Shown here one piece after another: positions 38,156-51,478 of a DNA stretch of 64,000 bases. The notes beneath the pieces are model-generated. The model saw only the letters and a list, made by a program, of their open reading frames with translations, was not told where the DNA came from and ran no database searches. Where the stretch lies: NCBI GenBank assembly GCA_964016885.1, contig OZ024743.1:342550001-342614000 (forward strand), in the 5' to 3' direction. A program made the position numbers and the translations under genes. Each line of letters opens with the position of its first letter. Positions within the stretch are counted from its first letter, which is position 1. This DNA is from Eledone cirrhosa (Eukaryota).

Positions 38156-39785
38156 ACGAAGGAATTGTGGTAAGGAACCAGATGGACCATAACGCACCAA
38201 AGTACTCAATACTTAGGGTAGTAGAGCGGGTAATAGGAACAAGTATGACCCCGACGGCAGAGCTCAAGCCGTTTCGACGGCTATTTCTGGACTAAATAAG
38301 AATTTTTAGCCTGGTAAATAAATAGCCGAACTTCTCAGGGGGTATTACCTTATATGGGAAGATAGTAATTGTCAAAAGGATTGGTCAAAAATTTGTTGTA
38401 AAGACAGATAAATCTATCATGGCATTTGGTGGGAGGTAGGGGTGGCTGAACTTGTCGGTATAACAAAGAGGGAGTGGGGGAAACCCAGTGAAGCGTTGAA
38501 ATTGAAATCTATACAGCAGATTCTAAGGATAGTGTATAAAAGGTCGAAAAAGTGTACTGGAGAAGAGGAGGGGTGAGGGAGTTGAATAAATAGGTAAATC
38601 GAAAGGGAGTAAAAAAAAACATTATGAAAATAAGGAAATAAATATATAAAAACAATTTCTGGTTACTACTCCATTTCTACAATCACCAAATTTCTCATTG
38701 GTATTGCTAAGCTATAGAAAAGTTTAATAGGTGGAGAATAGGAAAAATACTAAATATGAGATTGTAGTGAAAGAATTTTATAAAGCCGGCTTTACAGGGG
38801 GTCTAACACCGCTGCTATAGATAGTTAGTAATCAGCCAATGCTATCTTACAATGACAGGTTAATAAGTTGAGAACAAAAATACTAAAATACTACTACAAA
38901 AATATTAGTACAAAATATTAATACAAAAATACTAATACAAATATACCACTAAGAAATTTAGAAACCATAGAAATGGAGCAGCAACCAGAAAGAAAAAAAT
39001 TTACTGGGGTCTAACACATCTGCTATAAAAAGTGTAATCGGCCAATTCTATCTTAAAATTAGGGGGGGGTACTGAGGCTACAGAGGACCAATGGGCTGCA
39101 TCGGGGTAGGTGAAAGGTGAAAAAAAGACGAGGAAGGAGATCTGGGGTGGAAGGACTAGTAAAGAGATGGGGGAAGAAGGAAACATAGGGGAAAAGATTA
39201 AAAAGTTACGTCTACCTTTGTAAGCAGGGGTTAGCCCTTACAAAATCGGCAAGTGGGGGTATCAGCCCCCCCCCCCCCGGGTCATTATGGGGTTTGAGGG
39301 CGAGGTAAGTTCTACGCAATCTGTGTTTGCATGCAGTTACCAGTTCATCTTTCTTGTTTAGGAGTTAGGAGTGGTCCTTCAAAAACAGCATTTGTAATGT
39401 TTCCTCCGAGCATAAGTTACACAGTCGGCGTCCTCCCGTGTAAAAGTTAGCTCTGGACAGTAAGCTCCAAGTGAGATTGTAGGTTATATTATTATCTTTG
39501 AGGTCCCAGATGTGGCCCGAAAGTGTAGTGGTATGTCGCCGGGCCGGGTTTCGGAAAGTATGTCGGTGTTGGTGGAGCCGGGTCTTGAAGTCACAAGCGG
39601 TTAATCCTATATAAGCTTTGTTGGCGGTGTCCGTCCTCACGTTGCACTGGTAGATTACATTACGATCTCGGCATCTGTTGTTGAGGGGGCACATGGATCT
39701 ATCAGGACAGTTACACCTCCTGGTCGGCTCTCCACTGGTGTCTAGGTTATTTCTTCTATAGGGACCTCGAGATGGTCTATAGCAA
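38153..39785 (-). mobile_element. 5'-truncated Naiad-like PLE (family C)
   Basis: RCNCPDRSMCPLNNRCRDRNVIY..AYIG..FKTRLHQH..LSGHIW..CNLCSEE..*LLNKKDELVTACKH. HHR at 38248-38343, then (TA)n. Confidence 0.88.
38248..38343 (-). ncRNA. Hammerhead ribozyme variant (C3/A8)
   Basis: acccc-CTGAGAA-gttcggctattt..aaatagccgtc-GAAA-cggc ttgagctct gccg-TC-ggggt. Confidence 0.75.
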
Positions 39786-40222
39786 AGGTTTTCAATGTTA
39801 TAGCTCTGATTAATTCATTTTTAATTCATTCATTTATCGAGCAAAACTAGTAAAGGATGGAATCCTTATAAATATGTTTATATTTATGTATTTCTATATA
39901 TGTATGTATCTTCTATAATTTGTCTTGTACTCCCTCATGGTTGAGTAAAAAATCAGGCTGAAATAGAATGCTTCTTCTAGCAACTCTGTTACTCGCCAAT
40001 AGTCCACCCTTTACTACCTTTCTAGATGACCATAAACCATGCGATAATTTTCCCTTTCGAAAACTTAACAGGCAACGATCAGTTCGAGGTCTCATCATAA
40101 GCAATTATACGTCACAGTCATAACTGCACATTAATTGCACTTTGCCTGTCTACCAATCGGCTAAACTGCAATCGGAATATTGAAGTAAAATTAGGTTAAT
40201 TTCTATCTAATTTCTCTTCACA

Positions 40223-40295
<73 letters not shown>

Positions 40296-40529
40296 AAAAG
40301 TCATTCTTGCCGTTTTCACAGCAAATTTGTTGTCGAAATGGCCAGCTATCGGGCCCTTACTCTTTATTACATTTTCACTCTACTATCTGAAGTATTGAGT
40401 ACTCTGCTGAATCATGGTTTTACTGTATATATATAATCAAGTGAAATCAAGTGATTTCACTTGAGTTCAACGGGGAAAGGGAAATAACATGAATATGTAA
40501 AAGCTTTATAAAATAATTTATGCGGCAAA

Positions 40530-42090
40530 CATTTCTATATCTACAGAATCACATCCAATACTATATTGCAAAATACAATGCAAATATTTTACATAATCGA
40601 CGCCTAAAACTATAATATGAATGCTACTACCCCGATTACAATACGCAATCACCTGGGAGCTCTATAACACAACTTACACAGTTCATATTCTAATCACACC
40701 ATATATTATAAAAAAATCAGCCCTCTACGAAATTTTATACACAAAAGTTATATGTATGCCCACTATTCTACATAGTCTTTCAATCGTGCTTAATTTTTCA
40801 CATTTCCCACTTAACACAGAACATAGAGATCAAAATCAACGCACATAACTATAATTACGCTTCACATATTTCATGTTCTACACACTCACCTCACAGTATC
40901 ATAAAACAGCTTACACAGTTCCTGCTCAATACACAATTTTTATTCTCCGTAACCAAATCCCAATAGTATAATACAACTGAAAGTGTATAGTTCTACACAG
41001 TTACTACCCAGGATCATAAGACAAATTATAAAGTGCATATAGGTCACTATCAACTTCGAATACACCTCACACAATACACACTCTATATAGTCACATCCTA
41101 TCACATACTAATACTATAGCTAATCTCTCATAGCTCATATACTTCACAATCAGCGCTTAATTCAATTACATGATTTACAAGCCAACAAAATAGACTCTAA
41201 GTGACTTGATCGCATCATCTGTAAAAATAAGGAATCGAATTTACTTCAAACCACAATACCACCTTTAAAATGGAAGACCACATTGTAAAATGGACTACAG
41301 ATTACATTGCCCGAAAATAAGTGAGGACGATCCTGACTGAAATGCTTTTATCACCGGCCTGCTAGTGTAGTGGATAGAAAGAATCGTTAGGCAGTCGGAC
41401 AAAAGGCTTTGCGGCATTTACTTACGGTTGTTTACGTTTTGAGTTCAAATCCTACCAAGGCGGAATGTACCTTTCCTTGGCCGACACAACAGTAGGTAAA
41501 TTACTGGGTTTATTTCATCCACTATCCTTACAAATTGTGTTCTTGTGCCAATGTTATAAATTCATATTATAACAATTTACATAATGCTTATTGGACACAA
41601 CCAAATCCCAATACTATAATTCATATTTATATATTAAATATTCAACACAATCTTCTCCCTATACAATAACACGTTCACAAAGCATATGACCTCTCGAAAT
41701 ATTATAACACAATTCAAATAGTACACAACCTATCTAATACATTTTGTATAATATACTATAACTTCACCTCTCGACATACTTAGCACTTAATTTATCGCAA
41801 TCAATTTTCGATATCATAAACGTAGTTGGAACATTACATATTCTTCACAATCAGCGAATATTCTAACATAAGTTAAACTGCACAGTTTCTATATAATCAA
41901 CTCCCAATACGATAATTCAACTTTACGACGCACATTCTAAATAATCACATCCCAATAATATAAGAAACGGCACCATACAGAAAGTATTCGATACAATCAA
42001 GTTTCAATCAATAACAAAAATGACGCAACATATATTCGTCTCAAACACACGTTACTACTGCAATTCAACTTCTTCTGTACGTACCCTACA
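40530..42090. repeat. Degenerate ~45-48 bp minisatellite, CA-rich strand
   Basis: Recurring ttctacacaatc..cccaatactataattcaact variants (41887 vs 41935). Confidence 0.55.
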
Positions 42091-42326
42091 TTTAGCAATA
42101 TATGATTCCAGAGAACAATTGAATTTAGTTCTTAATGATGCAATCTGTTGCTGACGGAGGCAATCCTCATTTGATGTTGTTCTTTCAACGAAGATTAGAA
42201 TTGCTCAAACCTAATATTTACAAGCTAACGAGAAAGCCTACACGTCTTTCCTCGATCTGTTAGATATAACAACCAAATCCCCCTTAAAATATAGTATAGT
42301 ATCTTCAAAAACCAAAGGACATATTC

Positions 42327-42725
42327 AATAATTGTTTCTACTTTTGGCACATGGCCAGCAATCACCCAGTACATTACTGGTACTTTATTTTATCGACCTC
42401 GTAAGGATGAAAGGCAAAGTTAACCTCGGCGGGATTTGAACTCAGATCGTAAAGGGACGTAACTATGCTGGAAAGCATGTCCGACCCCCTACCAATTCTG
42501 CCAATCCACCATATTCAATAATGATTTTTGATTTAGGCACAAGGCCAACAATTTTTGGGGAGGGAAAAGTCAATTAAATCGACCCCGGTGTACTTTATTT
42601 TATCGACCTTGCAAGGATGAACGGCAAATCTAACCTCGGCGGGATTTGACGCAGAACGTAAAAGGCCATAACTCTGTGTCACGCAGCATCTTGTTTGACT
42701 CTCTACCGACACAGCCAATCCACCT
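42327..42725 (-). mobile_element. Two adjacent SINEs (younger 42327-42509, older 42518-42725)
   Basis: TSD catattcaataat around the first; attcaataatga around the second. Confidence 0.88.
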
Positions 42726-43369
42726 ATTCAATAATGAAATCTGAAATAAATTGTCTGTAAATACTAGATGGTAATTGCTAGAATACATTTGATCGTAGGT
42801 TTGAGCGACCAGGACTGACCTGGGTCTAAACAACAATGGAATGGTAATTAAATATCTCTTAATGAAACTTAGATGCCTTAATTAGAAGAGACGATATACT
42901 GGGTAATATTGTCTGAGATAAAATCTGATCGACAGGGATAAAATACCTTTGAACATTGATTTATTCGATCAGAGCTAACTTCGGATAAAAACAAAAGAAT
43001 CATAGCTACTAATTCTAACTACTATAATTTAACCGGCAAGAAATAGCAGGCAAATCTCTCTCAAATTACATTTCACTGTTTTTAAAAAAGAAAGTGCATA
43101 GTGGATAATTAATTCTGAGATAAACTGTCTAAAAAAGCAGGATTGTCACAGGTGGAACACAATTGATTAACAGATACACGTATTAGTGATATTTGAAGAC
43201 AAATTCACAAATTTTCTCATTTCCAGTGTTGTTGTTCTTTTTCGGCACATTATCAAGTACCTTTGTTTCGTAATATTTTACAGCTTTTGAAGTAAATAAT
43301 TAATTATTCCAATTTAAAAGATTACCGCTAGGAGTCATAAATGGAGTTTCAATCTTTTAGCAGACTAAT

Positions 43370-43720
43370 TGTTAAAAGTTTTGACGTATCATTTTGCTAA
43401 TATGTGGAGGAAATAATATGTCTCAGGATAATAATTTGCAAAGTTCCCTTAAATGGGCTGAAGTGGTAGAGCTCACGCCGAACTCTGCAAAATGTGAATT
43501 CAGTGTGAGAAAGTTATTCGTAAATCACACTTTAAAAGTAAGCAAAATGCTGTCACACGCCAAGAGATTGCGACCTCTGCTGGTGTTTCATGTGCCTAGA
43601 AATTTCAAGGAACATGAACATTTCGTCTGGTTAATTGTGTTCTATTGAAAATCGATTGAAAGTCTGACTGAAACTGGTGCCCCGCATTTTGAAGTGTCTA
43701 TTTATAACATTTTATCAATA
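43370..43720 (+). pseudogene. Ty3/Gypsy reverse transcriptase relic
   Basis: LICGG..QDNNLQ..LTPNSAKCEFSVRKL..KRLRPLLVFHVPRNFKE resembles the post-YxDD palm/thumb of Gypsy RT. Confidence 0.6.
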
Positions 43721-44795
43721 TCTTATTGTCAGTTGAATATCTTGAAACGATTAAGAAAACGAAAAAAGTGTTGAGAACTTACGTTTGGCACAGACGGATT
43801 TATATGATTAATAAATGTTTATTAATAAGATATGAGCAGTTATTTCACATATATTGAATTATATAGAACGGGAGTTCAGACTTGAATATCACCAAGCAAT
43901 GACTTAAATGCTAAGCTGTGTCGTTGTAGACTATAACTTTCAGAGTTATCATAAGATGCAGTTTCGTATGAAAATGAATTGACGTCATATGAGGAAAAAA
44001 TATAAAGCAGACGAAATTTATGATGAGATTGGATGCCCAACACGAATTTTCCATATGAAACGATTCATATACTATAGATATACGATTAATATATATAGAT
44101 ATACCCAGCACAAACACTCCTTTTGGTGCAGGACAAGGGAGAATTCTGTCGCCATGCCTCATACTGAGTCTCCGTGACCAAAGAGCACATCATTCCCAAC
44201 ATCAAATGGAGCAATATGGACAGAATACGTGAATACCACTCGTAAAGCGATCGTATCTTCAATATAACACATACATTGGTTTTGAGGCAATTTTAAAAGT
44301 TTGTTATACAAAATTTAGAAGGGATTTAAAATAATGTGTACATTGATAACATGTTTTATACGTTTTTTTTTTACTCAAACGGTTGAACTTAAAATATTCT
44401 GGTAACAGATAGATGACTTTTTGATGGTAGATTTTAATAAATTAGCATGATTGGTATTATCATAGAACACCACAATCGATTTCAATCGAAAACAAATTCC
44501 TCGTTTTGTTTCCAAGATTCTGGCAATCAAGTTTTTTCCCCCGGAGACGGAGGGGTGGGGGGGGTCCCCTCGGATAACCCCTATCCTAGGTGTTTTCCCT
44601 ACTGATGATATTTTTCGCATATTATCAACGAATATGACCTCTAAACCAGTCGGAAACGAATAGATTTGTAGACAAAGTGGGGTGAAAGGGGAATAAATTA
44701 TCATCGGAGTTTCGCGGATCTACACACCTCTCGCGTTTGGTGGGAAATAATTATCTTTCCTTTTTTTTCTGGACCTCTTAGATGCTTACAATCGA

Positions 44796-44906
44796 CTTTT
44801 TCCGGATTAGGGTTAGGGTTATGGTTAGGTTTAGAGTTAGTGTTAGGTTTAGCGTTAGGGTTAGGATTTTAGGTTAGGTTTAGGGGTTAGTTTTAAGGTT
44901 AGGGTT
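44796..44906 (+). repeat. Degenerate interstitial (TTAGGG)n
   Basis: ttagggttagggttatggttaggtttagagttag... Confidence 0.85.
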
Positions 44907-46435
44907 TCCGTTTTCTGGAAAAAAATTTGATTGCAAACATTTTGGAGGTTAGATTAGTTGATATCATAAAAACAGCGAGAAAAAGAATTCCACTGAAATC
45001 CTGTGGAGTGATCTTCTATAAATTTACCGCATGATTTCAATAAACCGCCAAATAAATTTTCTCAATCTTACTGAAATTTACCATCGAAATGGGCGTTCCT
45101 TAATCGGATCTGTACAAGACATGCCAGGACAGCCCATCATCGTTGGAAAAGGAAAGACAGCCCAACATGTGACTGTGAGGACTCTGACCAGACAGTACCG
45201 CATGTTATTCAGGATTGCTCCCTCAGACGTTTTCCTGGCGGCCTGGACGCAATCCATAATGCTGCAAATGTCACCTTGGTCTGGCTCTTGGGTGTACATG
45301 TCTGAGGAATTCTCAGACAATTTCTCAAAACAGGCAGAGGTCCATTTATCTTAATTAAATATATGTCTTTATATATTCCTTATTATCTCTATACTTATGT
45401 ACATATTAAAGTATATTCGTTACATTGCCAGGTGGTGCTATTAAGTTAGACGTGGCCTGGGCCAATACTGGCCGAAACCTATCAAAGTTATATCATATAT
45501 CTGCGGGATATTTAAAAGAAGATATGGCATTATAAAATAACCACAGTTAGGTTATTGCTGCCGGTAAAAGAACCGCCACGAGGACTTTAAGTATGACAAA
45601 AACGAACTTATGTTTTCGACCTCAGAATGATGAAAGACTAAGTTAACCTTCGCAGAGTTCGAAATCCACAAGACATTCATTTCAACACTTTAAGGATTCT
45701 GCAGTCTTTAAGTCTCATAAGGTCGATTACTAAATTTGGTACAAGGCAACTAGTTTTAATATTTTATAAGTGTGTGGTGGGATGGAGTAGTCAACTATAT
45801 CGATCCTAATAAATTGTTGCGTTGCTACATATTTTATCAGACTTACTACTGATTCTATCATTTCTCCGCCTTCTGTAGCTCGGAAAATATTAACAATATG
45901 GTAACACAGAGATTATGTTGAGGTAAAATCATTTAACACATTTATCACAATAGAAAACGAAGACAGCATGCTTTGATCTAAAATATCGGTGTCGATGAGA
46001 ATAGTGTTAAATCGAAAAGAAATTCCTAATGTACTTTAAAATGTTATATTTCTGAAATATATTTTGTTATAGTGATTGTAGAAATATATCAAAGAATCTG
46101 TTTTCGGGAATAACTATGTTTAAGTTAGTGTCGCCTGGAAAGGAATGGGAAATGCTTTGATCTTTAAGTGATACATCTCAGGCTTGCATAGTTCTTTGTT
46201 TTAAATAATCGGTTTACGATATTGATATCGATTAACTATAAGCAATTTAATTACGGATATGTTGCTGCATTTATTATACATTCTTTTAACTTATAGAAAA
46301 TAGCATAAAAGGATAAATTTCATTCTTGAGATTCAAACATTTGTTTTGATTATCTACAAATTAGGGGGTGTAAGCAGAATCGCCTGGCTGCATAGATCAC
46401 TCATACTGGTTTGATCCGACTACATACATATGCTT

Positions 46436-46475
<40 letters not shown>

Positions 46476-46507
46476 ACACACATATATATATATGTATGTG
46501 TGTATGT

Positions 46508-46772
46508 GGAAGCACGCGGTAAGTGTGTTGGATTTACGATCATAATGTCGTGGGTTCGATTCCTGAGTTGCGTGTTGTGTTCTTGAGCAAATGCTTCATT
46601 TGTCGTTGCTCCAGCACACTCAGCTGATAATGAATACCAGCAATAGCATGCGATGGTCTGGCGTCCTGTCCAGGGGGGAGTCTTGTACTCTCAGTCGCTT
46701 CACGCCATGAAACCGGGACAAGCACCGGCCAAATGACTTAAGACTTCCGACTTAAGACAGACTTTAGACTTC
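46508..46772 (+). mobile_element. Second tRNA-derived SINE family (CORE/V-like central domains)
   Basis: B box ggttcgattcc, gtgttcttgagcaa, gcgatggtctggcgtcctgtccaggg. Related copy at 57530-57720. Confidence 0.75.
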
Positions 46773-46856
46773 TATGTGTGTATGTATGTAAGTATGTATA
46801 TATTTAATTACCCATTTATCTATATACATATATATCCATGCGTGCATGTGTGTTTG

Positions 46857-46887
<31 letters not shown>

Positions 46888-46996
46888 CAAGGTTGAACAC
46901 TGGAAGGTAATATCCGTAGTAGTAGCGCACTCAGTCCATGGGACGAGTTTGGTAGAAGTAGTAACACAACAGTTAGTTCACCATACAGAGAAAATT

Positions 46997-47036
46997 CCGA
47001 GCTGAAGATCCGCTAAGGTGAAACATTTGTTCTCGG
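46997..47036 (+). ncRNA. Minimal hammerhead ribozyme within fold-back 46890-47060
   Basis: ccgag-CTGAAGA-t-cc gctaa gg-t-GAAA-catttg-TT-ctcgg. Confidence 0.8.
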
Positions 47037-47079
47037 TATGGTGAACTAACTGTTGTTAATTATTCTATCCCCCCCCTCC

Positions 47080-47133
<54 letters not shown>

Positions 47134-47194
47134 CCCAAGACTCTGATACCATCAACACTATCAACACAGAGCTGGCATATCTATGAACTGACTA

Positions 47195-47250
47195 ACTGCC
47201 AGATGAGGTCATAGCCATTCAATGGCTATCATCGAAATATATATAGCAGT
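47195..47250 (+). ncRNA. Hammerhead ribozyme (U4A mutated)
   Basis: actgc-CAGATGA-ggtcatagccatt c aatggctatcatc-GAAA-tatata-TA-gcagt. Confidence 0.7.
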
Positions 47251-47291
47251 AAATAAAGGATTATGAGTTCATGCAATTGACTTATGTTTCG

Positions 47292-47332
<41 letters not shown>

Positions 47333-47337
<5 letters not shown>

Positions 47338-47742
47338 TGTATATATAGTGTTTTTGCAATACACTGTGTGCTTAATTAAAAGCATTTTGAAGACCTTACG
47401 CTATTGTTTTAAATGAGTGACAGTGTCCAGCAAAAATTGAAAATTAGAATTGGTGCTATTTCAGAGCACCAATTCTAATTTTCAATTTTTGCTGGACCGG
47501 CAACCGCTCTGTATAATCAGTTCCTGATTATTACTGGAATTCTATAGGAATCCAACATTTATAATTTTGAGTGCTCAGCTTTGATAAGTACCAACAAGTA
47601 CGAAACAGAGCTCTGTCACTACTTTAAAACAATAGCGTAAGGTCTTCAAAAAGCTTTTAATTAAGCATAAAGTGTATTGCAAAATACACTATATATACAT
47701 TCATATATATATATATCTATTTCAGAGCACCAATTCTAATTT
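47333..47742 (+). mobile_element. Retrozyme-like 261-nt monomer with inverted arms; HHR at 47576-47620
   Basis: ctatttcagagcaccaattctaattt repeats at 47456 and 47717. TTGATAA-gtac caacaa gtac-GAAA-cagagctctg-TC. Confidence 0.7.
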
Positions 47743-48317
47743 ATATATATATATAATTAAGGCGTTCGCTCCAACATAGCTGTAAACATATGAGTATGTG
47801 TATTTTGTATATCGATTGATATACGGTATGTATACAAATAAAAATTTGAAAGCCATTAGCTATGAATTTTAGAAACTGATCGTGGGACGCCCCCTAGCAA
47901 GTTCTAGTAGACACAAGGGGGAAATGACCAATGGCCGTTTCTGACTGATGGTCGTTATCAATACATTGCTCCCATTTATTTCGCTTTCTGCTGGAACTCA
48001 ATATAGGTGAACACATATAGTTTTGACGCCTAAGTACATGTGCTGATTAGTTTCATGTACATACGAAACTGTTGGCTGGCTCAGCCTAAACAAGAAATAG
48101 AATTAAGGTGTTCGTTTCAACCTAGCTGTATACATATAAGTATAGCTGTGCAGTCAACAGTCATATTTTCTTTGCTGCGTGCATGCTTGCATACTCTACA
48201 GCTCTATACATGATAAGCATTGATACTTTCTATTTTATATTGATCTATTTTCTATTTTCTATTCGCTGCTTGTGTTCGCCGTAATCCTGTCTCCTTACAT
48301 AACTAATTCTGTAATTA

Positions 48318-48391
48318 ACACCTGATGAAATCGCCCGAGCCTTGCATCATAACCGGATGATGAAACTGGGCCATCGAAATATGTGTAGTGT
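48318..48391 (+). ncRNA. Hammerhead ribozyme
   Basis: acac-CTGATGA-aatcgccc..catcat aaccgg atgatg..gggccatc-GAAA-tatgtg-TA-gtgt. Confidence 0.7.
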
Positions 48392-48451
48392 ATTTACGGA
48401 ATTAAAATTCTGAAGAAAGCTTCCTGTCCGGCCTGCTGTTATTTTTAATGA

Positions 48452-48519
<68 letters not shown>

Positions 48520-48523
<4 letters not shown>

Positions 48524-49124
48524 TGGATTAAATGCTCTGAAATAGCGATATATATGTGAAGATAGACATAGAATATTCGAAAATATTCTGTATGTTTATA
48601 ATAAACATTTTGAAGACCTAATCGCTATAGAATAGAATACGTCACGTATTACAATTAGATTCTCGATAAAAGCAAGGGAAGTAACCTACGCGTTTCATTC
48701 TCATTAGAAATCTTCAGGATTACATATCCAGTGCTTTTATCGAGAATGACACAGCTAGAGACTTATAGAATACTTAGCTGTGTACAGAATATTTTCGAAT
48801 ATTCTATGTCTATCTTCACATATATATCGCTATTTCAGAGCATTTAATCCAATTTCTAATTTCTGCCGGACCGGCAACCGCTCTTTCAAACCAGTTCCTG
48901 TACACAGCTAAGTATTCTATAAGTCTCTAGCTGTGTCATTCTCGATAAAAGCACTGGATATGTAGTCCTGAAGATTTCTAATGAGAATGAAACGCGTAGG
49001 TTACTTCCCTTGCTTTTATCGAGAATCTAATTGTAATACGTGACGTATTCTCTTCTATAGCGATTAGGTCTTCAAAATGTTTATTATAAACATACAGAAT
49101 ATTTTCGAATATTCTATGTCTATC

Positions 49125-49128
<4 letters not shown>
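48520..49128. mobile_element. Retrozyme-like 310-nt monomer plus inverted copy; HHRs at 48681-48723 (minus) and 48962-49004 (plus)
   Basis: Direct repeat tacagaatattttcgaatattctatgtctatcttca at 48783 and 49093. gtagtc-CTGAAGA-t-ttc taatga gaa-t-GAAA-cgcg-TA-ggttac. Confidence 0.82.
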
Positions 49129-49179
<51 letters not shown>

Positions 49180-49341
49180 GTAGGTCCCGGGCTGAGTCGG
49201 GGATAACCACAGTAAGTAAGGTACTCAATACATGGCAGAGTAAAACATTTTTTATTGTATAGAAGGAGCTTCTACAGGACTAGTACTGTTCCATTCAGAT
49301 GAAATCTTCAGATATATATATATATATATATATTTGTTTTT

Positions 49342-49394
49342 GAGCTTCCTGAAGATTTCATCTGAATGAAACAGTACTAGTCCTGTAGAAGCTC
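49342..49394 (+). ncRNA. Type I hammerhead ribozyme
   Basis: gagcttc-CTGAAGA-t-ttca tc tgaa-t-GAAA-cag tactagtc ctg-TA-gaagctc. Inverted partial copy at 49245-49311; related fragments at 11770-11860 and 17345-17390. Confidence 0.85.
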
Positions 49395-49411
49395 CTTCTA
49401 TACAATAAAAA

Positions 49412-49518
<107 letters not shown>

Positions 49519-50335
49519 TAGATAGATAGAATGTTAAACTGAAATAAAATCACGCAGAAATATATATCACAGTAAATCAAATTATACATTTGATTATATA
49601 TATATATTTATTTATTTATTTATTATATATATATATATATGAAGATGCATGTGTACGTGGGCACATAAATATCATGCATGTAAATGTGTTCCGTATATAT
49701 TAAAGTGATAATCAATAATACATGCCAGACAAAGAAACATATATTAATAACGTGTATTGAAATGTTCCTCTTTCCCTTCATTCGATTATTTTCTTTTTCG
49801 TATAATCAGTTCTTAATGATAAATACGTTTGGCGCTGCACCTGCAACATATAACATGAAATCATATTTACCATGACTTCAACATTCACCACCTTTGGTTT
49901 ATTTATTTAGATATTATATAGTGTAAACCTAAAATATAATAAAATACACCATATTATAATGGACATATATTAATATTTACATTTACATGTGTACAGTCAA
50001 TGTTATTAAAATGTTCGTTTCAGAAGTATGTCTCTTAGGCTTCGTGGACATGCATCTAGAACATTAAACTGAAATAAAATCACACAGAAATATATATCAC
50101 AGTAAATCAAATTATACATTTGATTATGCGAAATGTTTTACACCAGAATGTAAAGGTTCTCAGGGATTGTTTTTTTAAATTGTAACTTGAAAAGTAGCAG
50201 AATTTAAGGGTTGAATTCTTGTGATTAAAAAACAGAACAATACTGTATTTCATAACAATATTTATCATCCTTCTGTGTTAATGCATTCAGCAGTGAAAAA
50301 TATGCCTCACACCCAAACAAACTCTGTATACATAA

Positions 50336-50369
<34 letters not shown>

Positions 50370-50392
50370 TTGTGTGTATGGGTGTGTGTTTG

Positions 50393-50427
<35 letters not shown>

Positions 50428-50469
50428 GTCTGTGTGTATTTGCGGCCATTTTATATGAATGTCTTCTAG

Positions 50470-50600
50470 GGATGACCAGCGTGAGGACGATACTGGATGC
50501 ACTGCGGGAGAACTGGCAAACGCTATGAGAGACAGAGATGAATGGAGGAAACGTGTCGTAGAAGGCCGAGCAAGCTCGACCTGATGATGATGATGATTAT
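50470..50600 (+). mobile_element. RTE-like LINE 3' tip
   Basis: DTGCTAGELANAMRDRDEWRKRV followed by a (TGA)n tail. Confidence 0.7.
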
Positions 50601-50870
50601 ATGAATATATATATGAATGTATATATGCGCGCGCATGTTCACACACATACACACACAAACAAACACACGCACACACACGTCCGTCACACTCACATACATA
50701 GAAACAATACGTAAAGGTCACACAGACACACACACATACATTCATACACACACTCATCCGACACACGTGTGAAAATATACACACGCGAACACAAACGCAC
50801 ACACTCACATACATAGAAACTTTAGAAAATGTCACTTACACACACACACTTATCCAACATACATGTGATA

Positions 50871-50910
<40 letters not shown>

Positions 50911-51440
50911 GTACCCACTCACATACATAGAAACAACTGAAAAAAGCCCCATAAACACACATGCACACATACACTCACGCACACACATGCCCACCAAAAA
51001 ATATGAACTCAGATACACACACACACACTAGTGTGCATATCCCAACAATATAAGACTTTGTGTCACCCACGTGTTCACACACACACACAGACTGATGCAA
51101 TGTACATCTAGCAATGTCATTCCTTCAGCACACACACACACAACCAGACCCATAACAACCCTACCCTCCACTTTGGTCCCCATCACCAAGGCCGGACATT
51201 TCGCCTACAAACCTCAATCCTAACAGTAATAAAACCTTTAATAATAACCTGTTAATATGCGAAACGAATTGTTTTGTTAACACTTTTTAAAATATTATAA
51301 TGAATCTTTTAAATTGTCTAAAGACTTTGTGGACACCCTGTATGTATGATGGCAACATAAATGGGCCTGTTATTTTCCTCTAAAAACATGTTTTCCAATT
51401 CCACCCTGCTCGCCCCTTCAATCTTTCTCATTCTCATTTT

Positions 51441-51478
51441 TTCTTCTGATGAAGGACTAGCATCCGAAAAGTTAAAAC
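51441..51478 (+). ncRNA. Minimal hammerhead-like motif
   Basis: ttctt-CTGATGA-a-gga ctagca tcc-GAAA-agt-TA-aaa. Related to 57951-57990 (minus). Confidence 0.55.

Noticed and set aside
39365-39367. In-frame stop in Naiad-C
   Set aside because: It is TAA at a non-Cys position. Ordinary nonsense mutation.
49528-50130. About 70-bp direct repeat 530 bp apart containing GAAA-tatata-TC
   Set aside because: It could be another retrozyme unit, but no 5' core was found. Too weak to call.
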